Shown here piece by piece: positions 19,144 through 27,203 of a stretch of DNA of 62,980 bases. Numbering within the stretch: the first letter of the stretch is position 1; each line of letters opens with the position of its first letter. Location: contig CAZJJA010000001.1 of assembly GCA_964546235.1 (NCBI GenBank), forward strand, positions 1 to 62,980. The letters are read 5' to 3'. The translations under genes were made by a program, and so were the position numbers. The notes under the pieces were generated by a model. That model made no database searches. It saw nothing but the letters and a program-made list of their open reading frames with translations, and was not told the origin of the DNA. The stretch is from an uncultured Thermofilaceae archaeon (lineage in GTDB: Archaea; Thermoproteota; Thermoprotei; Thermofilales; Thermofilaceae).

Positions 19144-19590
19144 ATGGACAAGTTTCTCAAAGAACTAGTGGAGACAGTGGCTCGTGTTCAAAAAGAAGTA
19201 GATGAAATCTTTCGTGATTTCTGGACAAAACACTACAAGTTCTATCCAGAATCGTTTAGATCGCTAGAGCCATTGTACGACATCGAAGATGCAGGTGACA
19301 GAATTATAGTCTACATAGACGTTCCCGGATTCCGTAAAAACGAGATAAAAATCCGGGTTACAGAAGACTCTCTTGAGGTTCTTGCAGAAAAAAGCGAAGA
19401 AAGAGCTTCTGAAGAAGAGGAGAAAAATTATGTTGTTAGACAGAGGGTTTACCGCAAACTATACAAGAAGATCTTATTGCCATCAAAGGTCCGCCCCGAA
19501 CAGGCTAAAGCCAAATTAGAGAACGGGGTGCTTATAGTCTCGATACCGAAGAGTGAGGCTGAGCGTGAAGTTGAAATAAACGTGGAGTAA
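19144..19590 (+). CDS. Small heat shock protein (Hsp20/alpha-crystallin)
   Basis: Alpha-crystallin domain IDVPGFRKNEIKIRVTEDSLEVLAEK...ENGVLIVSIPK. The ORF track starts at a TTG (19135); the ATG is at 19144. Confidence 0.85.
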   Translation: MDKFLKELVETVARVQKEVDEIFRDFWTKHYKFYPESFRSLEPLYDIEDAGDRIIVYIDVPGFRKNEIKIRVTEDSLEVLAEKSEERASEEEEKNYVVRQRVYRKLYKKILLPSKVRPEQAKAKLENGVLIVSIPKSEAEREVEINVE

Positions 19591-19606
19591 ACTAAGGCTT
19601 TCAGTC

Positions 19607-20089
19607 ATGTTAGAAAATCCTAAGTGCCCTTGCAAAAAGGGTGTAGTAGGGGGTACTTTCTCTCTTTTACACAAGGGACACAGACATCTACTCGAATATG
19701 CATTCAGGAATAGCGAGAAACTTGTTGTTGGAGTGACTTCTGACGAATTCGTTCGTTCATTTAAAAAATCGCACCCAGTCGAGCCATACGAGCTTAGAGC
19801 TTTAGTAGTCCTCATCTTCCTATATTCTCTCGGAAACAAAGAGATAGAAATTGTGCCAATCGACGACATTTATGGACCAACGCTTTCAGACCCTGATATT
19901 GACTGTATATTCGTTTCTGAAGAGACTTTATATGGCGCTTTTTTGGTAAATATAGCCAGAAAAGCTAGAGGACTAAGGCCTCTAAAGATATTTGCAGTAG
20001 ATTTGCTTGGTCTGGGAAAAGAGAAAATATCTTCGACTATGTTGTGGAAGAGGCTGCTTTCTTATACAGAAGCTTTGTCGCACCTATAA
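19607..20089 (+). CDS. coaD: Phosphopantetheine adenylyltransferase, archaeal type
   Basis: 160 aa with cytidylyltransferase motif GGTFSLLHKGHRHLL. Confidence 0.8.
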   Translation: MLENPKCPCKKGVVGGTFSLLHKGHRHLLEYAFRNSEKLVVGVTSDEFVRSFKKSHPVEPYELRALVVLIFLYSLGNKEIEIVPIDDIYGPTLSDPDIDCIFVSEETLYGAFLVNIARKARGLRPLKIFAVDLLGLGKEKISSTMLWKRLLSYTEALSHL

Positions 20090-20255
20090 GCACAGCTATC
20101 CAGATAAAATACGCTACTATCCCCAGAATACTTCTTAGCACACTATTGGGTATTGGTAGTATAAGACTCTCTACGATTTTTACAATACCTATTAATAGCA
20201 TCCACGCAAACAAAACAATCATCCAGATAAAGATCAGAGCTCTCACCATTTTCAT
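20037..20255 (-). CDS. Small two-TM membrane protein (hypothetical)
   Basis: 72 aa and hydrophobic, directly downstream of the glycosyltransferase gene. Overlaps the coaD 3' end on the opposite strand. Confidence 0.35.
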   Translation of the reverse strand: MKMVRALIFIWMIVLFAWMLLIGIVKIVESLILPIPNSVLRSILGIVAYFIWIAVLIGATKLLYKKAASSTT

Positions 20256-20261
20256 AAAATT

Positions 20262-21278
20262 TCACCCCATCACCATCAATGACGCCGTTATAACGGCAAG
20301 AGCCGAAGGCAGTATCTCCGATACAATATAGAACAAACTAAGCTCTTTTTCGCTAGCTGGACCACCAATCAACAACACTATACGTGTTAGTGACCAAGGT
20401 GCATTCGGATCAACATTAGCTTTTAGCAAACCATTGTTTAATACAAGCACAGGACGTCCCTTAATCTCTCTATGCTCTTTAAAACCGCCAAAGGATACGA
20501 GTATCATAAATCCGTTAATGAGATGTGGTAAGAGCAATGTTAAGACTATAAACTCCATCTTACCTACAACAGCAACGGCGCCGAGGAGCGCTCCGATAAA
20601 CAGGCTCCCGCTATCCCCGTTAAAAACCTTAGCTGGATAATAGTTATACGGAAAATATGCCAACATGACTCCGAGGAAGATTATTGAAAAGACAAGCCCC
20701 AGGGTAGAGTTAAAGACAATCGATGCCCCGAGAAGACCTATTAATGCAACCATAGTCATACCCGGAACCACACCATTGTAGATGTCTATCATATTCACAA
20801 CATTCGAGGCACCGGCAATTGCAAAGGGTAGAAGAAGCCAGTAGATTATCGTTATCCTTATTTGACCTATGAACGGAACTACAGGTCTCCCAAGCTCTAT
20901 GATGTCAGGAAAAGTCATGTAAAACACAATTATAGGTAATATCCCGAGAACTGTTAATGCCATCTTAACTATTCCTCTAAGAATCTTCAGATCGTCATAT
21001 AATCCCACTAAAAAACACATTAATCCGGAAAAGTACACAGCCAGGAACTTTACCTTTAAGTCAATATCCCCTATGAGCAACAGAAACAATATTGTAGACA
21101 GGGTAAAGCCCAGGAAAATTATAATACCTCCAGAATGAGCAACAATAGGATTCCCGGGTTTATGCGCATCAGGCCTCACTATACCCTTCTTCTTCAAAAA
21201 ACTAATTATATATGGAGCAGAAAGCCTCACCGTTACAAATCCGACAAACGCTGACAGCAGAGCTTCATAGAACACCAA
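20262..21278 (-). CDS. Polyprenyl-phosphate GlcNAc-1-phosphate transferase (GT4, MraY/WecA/AglH-like)
   Basis: 338 aa and polytopic, with YDDLK, NMIDIYNG and VFNGDSGS motifs. Confidence 0.8.
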   Translation of the reverse strand: MVFYEALLSAFVGFVTVRLSAPYIISFLKKKGIVRPDAHKPGNPIVAHSGGIIIFLGFTLSTILFLLLIGDIDLKVKFLAVYFSGLMCFLVGLYDDLKILRGIVKMALTVLGILPIIVFYMTFPDIIELGRPVVPFIGQIRITIIYWLLLPFAIAGASNVVNMIDIYNGVVPGMTMVALIGLLGASIVFNSTLGLVFSIIFLGVMLAYFPYNYYPAKVFNGDSGSLFIGALLGAVAVVGKMEFIVLTLLLPHLINGFMILVSFGGFKEHREIKGRPVLVLNNGLLKANVDPNAPWSLTRIVLLIGGPASEKELSLFYIVSEILPSALAVITASLMVMG

Positions 21279-21292
21279 GTTTTCACCCCTCT

Positions 21293-22273
21293 TTAAACGA
21301 AACCCAGCTCTCTAGCCACGTATCCAATTACAAAGGGAAAAATAACTGTTAAGTCGCCTGGCACAGTAACATGTGCCGCAGTAGTCTTTACCTTCCCCCA
21401 GCTTATAGCCTCCCTTACACGGGCACCACTCAAACTTCCATCCCACTCAGGAGCAGAAGTAAATGACACGGCAAAATCCAGCCCTCCCCTAAACTGAGAC
21501 CACCATATCAAATGATGCTTGGATATACCTCCGCCTAGCATTATTCCACCAAGCTTGTCTGCAGATAACACGAGGTCGGAAATTACGCTCATATCGCCCG
21601 CCACATCTACCACTATGTTTGTAGGATTGGTTCTACTTCTTTGAATTTCATTAAACGTGTAAATAGCAGTACCAAAAGCCGAGTCCACAATACCCGGAGA
21701 AAAAACCTTTACCTTACGCTCATAGCTAGACCTCAAAATCGAATAGCGATCCTCAAGCCTAGTCCCACAAGCTTCTGCCAACTCGCTAGGCTTCCATGCA
21801 GTCTTCTCCCTAGAAATATCTTCCAACATTTCATGAACAAATCTCTCAACAAGCGGACCATAATTCTCGAAAGGAATCAAAATATTACCAAGCCTATGAA
21901 TTTCCAACTCCTTTAACATCACATCATCCAGTTCAAAATCGCCAACATAATAGTCGCCACCAACACCTCTAGCTATATCATGGTCAAACGTGCCTCCAGT
22001 AGTTATAACCGCATCAACCATACTGCTCCTAACCATAGAAGATAAAAGACCACGAAGCCCAGTAGCAACAATATTTGCCGGAAAAGACAAAATAACAACC
22101 GCATCTTCTGAAAACATCTTCAACAATACATCCACAGCATGAACAATATAACGTCCAGAAAAACCTCCAGCCCTTCTAAGAACATCAACATACCTCCCCG
22201 CTTCATCAGCCACATCCTTTAAATCAAGATCAACAACCTTCACACGCAACAAATCTTCTCGCTTTACCGACAA
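21293..22273 (-). CDS. dys: Deoxyhypusine synthase
   Basis: 326 aa with GGGISKHH and AISWGKV motifs. Length is typical. Confidence 0.9.
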   Translation of the reverse strand: MSVKREDLLRVKVVDLDLKDVADEAGRYVDVLRRAGGFSGRYIVHAVDVLLKMFSEDAVVILSFPANIVATGLRGLLSSMVRSSMVDAVITTGGTFDHDIARGVGGDYYVGDFELDDVMLKELEIHRLGNILIPFENYGPLVERFVHEMLEDISREKTAWKPSELAEACGTRLEDRYSILRSSYERKVKVFSPGIVDSAFGTAIYTFNEIQRSRTNPTNIVVDVAGDMSVISDLVLSADKLGGIMLGGGISKHHLIWWSQFRGGLDFAVSFTSAPEWDGSLSGARVREAISWGKVKTTAAHVTVPGDLTVIFPFVIGYVARELGFV

Positions 22274-22396
22274 GGCTCAACCCCTCATTTCACACACAAA
22301 TACTCAAGTTAATTTTTTGCCCCGCAAAAACACGTCAACCACGAGAAAAACAATATAACGTAATTACCTAGACAATTTTCATAGATCATGAAGAGA

Positions 22397-22494
22397 TGGG
22401 GCCCGGGCCGGGATTCGAACCCGGGTTCTCCGGCTCTCTGCCAGGGCTTTCACCGGCCACAGGCCGGCGTGTTAACCCCTACACCACCCGGGCC
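22397..22494 (-). tRNA. tRNA-His(GUG) with encoded G-1, 21-nt intron after position 37 and encoded CCA
   Basis: Minus strand reads G-GCCCGGG-UG-GUGU-AGGGGUUA-ACAC-G-CCGGC-CUGUGG[intron CCGGUGAAAGCCCUGGCAGAG]A-GCCGG-AGAAC-CCGGG-UUCGAAU-CCCGG-CCCGGGC-C-CCA. Confidence 0.85.
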
Positions 22495-22598
22495 TCTCTT
22501 TTCTTTTTACTATTTTTTCATGTTTTTCCGTTTATTGTATTATTGGGTGTTTTGTTCCAGGTAGATAGTGTAGGGGCTGGTCTTATTTTTTACGCGTG

Positions 22599-24404
22599 TT
22601 ATGGATACTCTATTTCTTTGCTGAATCCGAGTTTGAATTTGAGTAGCTTCTGAAGGTATTCTTTTTCTTTATCTGTTAGTTCGTTTCCCAGTTTTTCCAG
22701 GTATGTGTTTATTTCTTCTATTGGCACGTCGCTGTAGAGCATGTCTCCTTCTTTTATTTGTCTTCCGACCATTGCCTTGCTTCTGATAGAGACCGCGACT
22801 TCCATGCCTTCTTCTGCGAATTCTAGGGGTTTTTCGTGTTCTTGGATCTGCATTATTTCTCCTATTTTTCTTCCTGTTCTTGTGATGAGTGGTATGCCAC
22901 CTCTTATCTTGCCTGTTATTACTCTTACTCCGACAATTATTGGATCTCTTCTCCTGAAGACGTATCCTGGTAGTATCTGGATTACTGCGGGTGGTGTCAT
23001 TTTTTCGAGTAGTTTTCTTCTTTCTTGTTCTTTTTGCTTGTTATGCCATTCTAGGAAGTCCTCGACGAGGCGATAGATTATTCTCTCTTGGAATATCTGT
23101 ATTCCGCTGGACTTGGCTTCTTCTCGCGCATCTGGTGTCACTTTTACATTGAATGCCAGTATTGCTGCAAGCTTGGGGTCGAAGTTTTTGACCAGCTGTG
23201 CTTCAACTACGTCTCTTCTGACGACTGGTCCGACGTCGGCTAGCCTTATGGGTACTTGGTGCTTTTTGAGGTAGCCTACGAGTGCTTCGAGTGTTCCCAA
23301 TGTGTCTGCTTTGACAACGACGCCTGCGATGTCTTTTTGTATTCTAAGGCTTGAGACTTCTTCTTTAGCCAGCTTTATGTATTCTTCTAGCTTTGACTTG
23401 TCTTCGACAACGTATATGGGTGCTCCGGCGACGCTTTTCTCTAAATTGTCGGCTACTATTTTCACACCTGCTGCCGCTCTGATCTCGTCTACGTACATGA
23501 AGCGGTCTTCGGGTGATCGCATTTCGTCTAGCGGCTTTGGCATTAGAATGTACTTTACCTTGGTTACGATGGGTTCTTCTAGTCCACCGACAACTATTGT
23601 GTCGCCTTTCTTTAACACGCCCTCATATAATATAGCAGCAGCAGTCATGCCTAGCCCTGGATCCTCTTTTAGCTCGAGTATAACCGCCTTTCCAGGTCCT
23701 CGCTTTACTTTAAGCTTGTTTATGAGAAATCTTTGTGCAAGTCCGGCTAATACTAGTAGTAGGTCTGGAACTCCTTCTCCTGTTGCTGCACTTATGGGTA
23801 CGAGAGCTACAACGCGTGTAAAGTCTTTTATCCTGTCGTACCTGTCAGCACGAAATCCTTCCGATCTAAACTGTCCAATGATGTATGCTAAGAGCTCTTC
23901 TAGCCTGGCCTGAACATCGGGTGACTGTTTTTGAAAAGAAAATACAAAAGGCTGGTTCGGATGACTTTTCCATCCAGGAATTCTGTCAATCTTGTTTATA
24001 CCGACTATGAAGGGGACTTTCCTGCTCTTTAGTATCTCTAGAGCTTCATATGTCTGGTTTTCGAATCCCTTTAACACGTCGACAAGGAGGATTGCTATAT
24101 CCGCAATACTGCCTCCTCTTCTCCTAAGGTTTGAGAAAGCCTCATGTCCGGGCGTATCTATTACGAGAAAACCTGGAATTTTTATGTTGACTTTTATCTT
24201 GCTGGCGAGAACACCGCAGAGCTCTTCTAGCGCACTCCACGGCAAAAATGATGCCCCTATGTGTTGCGTGATCGTTCCCGGTTCTCTTTTGGCTACGGCT
24301 GTCCCTCTGATTCTGTCAAGGAGTGTTGTCTTGCCTACGTTTACGTGACCGAGAACAGTAACTATTGGAGCACGAATATATTCCTCGCTTGAATCTTCTG
24401 ACAC
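22599..24404 (-). CDS. infB: Translation initiation factor aIF5B (IF-2 homolog)
   Basis: 601 aa with GHVNVGKTTLLD, DTPGHEAF and NKID GTPase motifs. Confidence 0.9.
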   Translation of the reverse strand: MSEDSSEEYIRAPIVTVLGHVNVGKTTLLDRIRGTAVAKREPGTITQHIGASFLPWSALEELCGVLASKIKVNIKIPGFLVIDTPGHEAFSNLRRRGGSIADIAILLVDVLKGFENQTYEALEILKSRKVPFIVGINKIDRIPGWKSHPNQPFVFSFQKQSPDVQARLEELLAYIIGQFRSEGFRADRYDRIKDFTRVVALVPISAATGEGVPDLLLVLAGLAQRFLINKLKVKRGPGKAVILELKEDPGLGMTAAAILYEGVLKKGDTIVVGGLEEPIVTKVKYILMPKPLDEMRSPEDRFMYVDEIRAAAGVKIVADNLEKSVAGAPIYVVEDKSKLEEYIKLAKEEVSSLRIQKDIAGVVVKADTLGTLEALVGYLKKHQVPIRLADVGPVVRRDVVEAQLVKNFDPKLAAILAFNVKVTPDAREEAKSSGIQIFQERIIYRLVEDFLEWHNKQKEQERRKLLEKMTPPAVIQILPGYVFRRRDPIIVGVRVITGKIRGGIPLITRTGRKIGEIMQIQEHEKPLEFAEEGMEVAVSIRSKAMVGRQIKEGDMLYSDVPIEEINTYLEKLGNELTDKEKEYLQKLLKFKLGFSKEIEYP

Positions 24405-24483
24405 CTTTAAAACACCTCAAGTATCTGCTTGAAACAAAACCTTGTTTTGTTTAAAAACTTTAGTGTATACAGCTTTTGGCGCT

Positions 24484-24666
24484 CTACTTTTTACCATAGA
24501 ATGCCGTCCACTTGAGTTTTCTGGGGTCACGCTTGTATTTTATGGCGTTTTTGAAGCATTTTGAAGAGCAGAATCTCAGCACGCTTCCGTCTGTTCGAAC
24601 ATACATGAGACCTGTTCCTGGTTTTATCGGTTTTCCACAAAATGCACAGTGGTATAGCCTAGGCAC
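24484..24666 (-). CDS. rpl24e: 50S ribosomal protein L24e
   Basis: 60 aa. [37 protein letters not shown]. Confidence 0.9.
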   Translation of the reverse strand: MPRLYHCAFCGKPIKPGTGLMYVRTDGSVLRFCSSKCFKNAIKYKRDPRKLKWTAFYGKK

Positions 24667-24734
24667 TATATATCACCCCGACCTCAATCGATAAAATAGT
24701 ATATATTATTTATCCCCTTTTAGGGAAATATATT

Positions 24735-24792
24735 GGCGATGATTTAATTGACCTGCACTGACACGTGATGAGATGCACCTCCGTGTGAGCCC
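24735..24792 (+). ncRNA. C/D box sRNA candidate (degenerate terminal boxes)
   Basis: GGC stem, 3-nt bulge, C box AUGAUUU (24739-45), 12-nt guide AAUUGACCUGCA, D' CUGA, spacer CAC, C' GUGAUGA, guide GAUGCACCUCCG(U), D-like GUGA (24785-88), GCC stem, then a T run. A U6-G1 pair would replace the usual G6-C1 pair. Confidence 0.45.
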
Positions 24793-24794
24793 TT

Positions 24795-26030
24795 TTATTT
24801 TGCGATAACATCGTCAAAGGATGCTATTGAGAGTTCGGCAGGTTTGCGTACTATGTCACCGATTCTGGCACCTATTATGGTCTTGACACCCTTCGTGTAA
24901 GCTAGGTCTACTAGTCTCTGAGTCACGATACCATCGAAGACTATGTACTTGACGTTATCGAGTTCTTTGAGTTTCGAGGCTAGATCCTTCACGGGTACTG
25001 ATATTATCTCATTCCAGTTTTCATCATATAGGACCGCTTCAAGCGTTCCCTTAAGCTCATCTATTCTCTGTAAGATTTCTCTTGGAACTTCGACTTTCTC
25101 GGCTGCCTCGATTTTGGAGTTCCTTTTCTCTACGAGCTTGTCTGCGGGCACGACCACTTCCATTTTAACCTCTCGGTGTGGCTTTTTTTCTTTCTCTATG
25201 CTTTCTAGGAATTCTTCCACTGGAACCTTGTTCTGTAATGCTTTAGCTATTTCCTTTCCTGTAAGCTCTTCTACTTCTCTGCCCTGAGGCGCCCTAGCCA
25301 CAAAGTCGATGTCTGCGACATTGATCAGGTTTCTTGCTATGAGTTCCCCTCCTCTATCGCCATCAATAAACAGTATTGCGGTTTTTCTTTTCGACAGCTC
25401 CATTATCGTTTTAGGAATGGCTGCACCACCCACTGCAATAACATTGCGATAACCATGTTTTAGCAGGTTAATGACATCGGCTCTTCCCTCTACAATGATT
25501 ATAGCATCTGACTTGTCAATGTCAGGTCCAGCTGGTAGCTTTTCTGGACCATACTCTACCAACTCGGCCGTCCTCACACGCTCTAACACTTCCTCTAGCA
25601 ACTCCTTAGACTCTGGAATTTCATGTTCAAGCATCTTTAGAATAGAAATTGCTCTTTCAACTATCTGTTTCCTCTTTTCTGCTCGGACATCCTTTATCTC
25701 CACTATCTGTGTCTTAGCATGATACGGTCCAACACGATCGACGCTTTCAACAGCAGCCGCTATCAATGCTGTTTCAACTTTATCTAGATTAGATGGGATC
25801 TCTATTTCGGCTATAGTCTTTCCGTTGGTTTCTTTTATCTTTACTTCGATGCGGCCAAGCCTACCCATCTTTTGAAGCTCTCTCAGGTCGAGTTCTTCGC
25901 CTAGCAGACCCTCTGTTTGCCCAAACATTGCACCAATAATATCATGCTTGTCAACTATCCCTGATACCTCCATCTTTGCTTTCACTACATATTTTATAGA
26001 TGTAGGAGCACCGCCCATATTCCTCACCAC
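24795..26030 (-). CDS. dnaG: Archaeal DnaG-type primase (Toprim; exosome-associated)
   Basis: 411 aa with Toprim block IIVEGRADVINLLKHGYRNVIAVGG...DGDRGGELI. Confidence 0.85.
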   Translation of the reverse strand: MVRNMGGAPTSIKYVVKAKMEVSGIVDKHDIIGAMFGQTEGLLGEELDLRELQKMGRLGRIEVKIKETNGKTIAEIEIPSNLDKVETALIAAAVESVDRVGPYHAKTQIVEIKDVRAEKRKQIVERAISILKMLEHEIPESKELLEEVLERVRTAELVEYGPEKLPAGPDIDKSDAIIIVEGRADVINLLKHGYRNVIAVGGAAIPKTIMELSKRKTAILFIDGDRGGELIARNLINVADIDFVARAPQGREVEELTGKEIAKALQNKVPVEEFLESIEKEKKPHREVKMEVVVPADKLVEKRNSKIEAAEKVEVPREILQRIDELKGTLEAVLYDENWNEIISVPVKDLASKLKELDNVKYIVFDGIVTQRLVDLAYTKGVKTIIGARIGDIVRKPAELSIASFDDVIAK

Positions 26031-26106
26031 ACACTTTGAACCAATTTATAATAACTATTTTAATCTTCGCAGATGTTTAAACTCATTTTAAAGTTTATAA
26101 AGCCCT

Positions 26107-26205
26107 GGGTGCGCTGTAGCCGCCTGTTAACACGCCGTTTCACAGCTGTGGCGGTACATCGCCTTTTAGCTTGCGGCGCTCTCTGCAGGCGGCCTACGCG
26201 CACCC
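26107..26205. ncRNA. Unassigned GC-rich structured element (about 20-bp terminal inverted repeat enclosing about 59 nt)
   Basis: GGGUGCGC-U-GUAGCCGCCUG...CAGGCGGC-C-UAC-GCGCACCC, with two internal CGCC/GGCG mini-hairpins. A sharp GC island in an AT-rich spacer. No tRNA, C/D or H/ACA boxes. Strand unknown. Confidence 0.35.
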
Positions 26206-26443
26206 ATCCATTTATAAGTAAAGAGAGGCTGTTCTTAAAATCTTTGGCATATCAATCCATAAAAAGAGGGATCATTACTAGATGAAAGCTTACACATCGG
26301 GTCATTATAAGAACATCACATCATCCAAAAGATCCGTCACATTTATAGAAATTATCGGACGAAAAGAACATCTTGTATTCCTTATCAAGGCTTATATTTA
26401 TATTATTTTATAAATCACGAAAAATCATACAAAAATCGTAAAA

Positions 26444-26525
26444 TGGAGCCGGGGCCGGGACTTGAACCCGGGCATAACGGGTCGCCACAGGGCTTTCCAC
26501 TGCAGCTTGGGCAAGCCGCGGCCCC
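26444..26525 (-). tRNA. Atypical tRNA module: canonical T arm + acceptor 3' strand + U73 + CCA, 5' part unresolved (split, multi-intron or pseudogene)
   Basis: Minus strand ends ...GUUAUG-CCGGG-UUCAAGU-CCCGG-CCCCGGC-U-CCA followed by a T run. The upstream 45 nt are GC-rich, contain CUGCAG, and lack the GCCGGGG partner. Confidence 0.45.
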
Positions 26526-26546
26526 AGTTTATCTTTTGTCTAGAAG

Positions 26547-26554
26547 ATTATAAC
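26547..26554. promoter_or_regulatory. Near-palindromic TATA-like box, possible bidirectional promoter
   Basis: ATTATAAC / GTTATAAT. Lies 22 nt from the first G of the minus-strand RNA (26525) and 23 nt from GCCGGGUAG on the plus strand (26577). Confidence 0.4.
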
Positions 26555-26561
26555 TTTGACG

Positions 26562-26624
26562 GTGGGGGTCGCCCTTGCCGGGTAGTCCTCATGTATTCGG
26601 ACCACTGAAGGGCGCTCATCCCCC
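26562..26624. other. GC-rich stem-loop abutting the Nudix stop codon (3'-UTR structure or plus-strand small RNA)
   Basis: GGGGG-U-CGCCCUU / AAGGGCG-CUCAU-CCCCC enclosing GCCGGGUA-GUCC-UCAUGUAUUC-GGAC-CACUG. Confidence 0.3.
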
Positions 26625-27148
26625 TAGTAGTTGTTTGCAACCTTGTATAAGTAGTATGCTACTATTGTTTTAGAGTCTTTTAGCTCGTTTCTTTTTATCT
26701 TTTCCTCTATCTCTTTTTGTGTGAAAAAGACGGTTTCCAATATCTCGTAGGGTTCTTTTCGGCTTCCCAGGAACTCAAGGTCATACGCTAAGAACACCTT
26801 TATTTTTTCTGTAGAATAGCCAGGTGAAACTATAATTTCTCCCAGGTAGACCAGCTTGTCCGCTTTATATCCCGTCTCTTCTAAAAGTTCGCGTTCAGCA
26901 CATTTTCGGGGATCTTCACCTATTTCAAGAGTCCCAGCTGGAAACTCTATTATCCACTCATCTAGTGCTGGCCTATACTGTCTGACTAGGACAAGTTTTT
27001 CCTCAAGCTGTGGAACAATAACTACTGCTCCTGGATGAATGACGACTTCTTTTTCGAAAACGTTACTATCTCTCGAATACCTGTAAATTGCAAGAGAGAT
27101 CCTCTTGCCCTTGTAGATTACTTCTTTGCCGACAAGCCTCACATCCAT
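26624..27148 (-). CDS. NUDIX hydrolase (ADP-ribose pyrophosphatase-like)
   Basis: 174 aa with Nudix box GTLEIGEDPRKCAERELLEETGY. Confidence 0.85.
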   Translation of the reverse strand: MDVRLVGKEVIYKGKRISLAIYRYSRDSNVFEKEVVIHPGAVVIVPQLEEKLVLVRQYRPALDEWIIEFPAGTLEIGEDPRKCAERELLEETGYKADKLVYLGEIIVSPGYSTEKIKVFLAYDLEFLGSRKEPYEILETVFFTQKEIEEKIKRNELKDSKTIVAYYLYKVANNY

Positions 27149-27203
27149 ACGTTTCTCTTATCTGGAGGAATTAATAAAACCATTATATACGAAATATCTC
27201 TAG

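Noticed and set aside
22396-22653. 85-aa plus-strand ORF
   Set aside because: It is the antisense reading of tRNA-His plus the spacer.
23302-23913. Long antisense ORFs rich in S/L/P/T, for example 23302-23913, 28496-29236, 5594-6103, 48526-49005, 31121-31543 and 24943-25287
   Set aside because: Each is the mirror frame of a well-supported gene with strong family motifs (aIF5B, radical SAM, kinase-like, SucC, RecJ-like, DnaG). These are typical shadow ORFs.
26107-26205. Possibility that the GC island is a 5S rRNA or a tRNA with introns
   Set aside because: It lacks the 5S loop-C/loop-E-type conserved sequences (for example CCCGGAAGUUAAGC-like). It has no T loop or D loop. Its 99-nt length and the 20-bp perfect stem do not fit either class.
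26073-26285. 70-aa plus-strand ORF
   Set aside because: It is driven by the GC-rich inverted-repeat element (26107-26205). Its Arg/Cys/Ala-rich composition is atypical for this genome.
26286-26440. C/D-box-like motifs (AUGAUGU on the minus strand, AGAUGAAAG on the plus strand), and a 44-codon ORF
   Set aside because: There is no CUGA D box at the required 12-nt spacing on either strand. The ORF is short, AT-rich and without a motif.
26562-26624. H/ACA guide sRNA or K-turn RNA interpretation of the stem-loop after the Nudix gene
   Set aside because: The stem, internal loop and stem layout is suggestive. However, there is no ANA box 3' of the lower stem on either strand (ACC / UAG), and the putative K-turn/K-loop lacks the tandem G-A arrangement.
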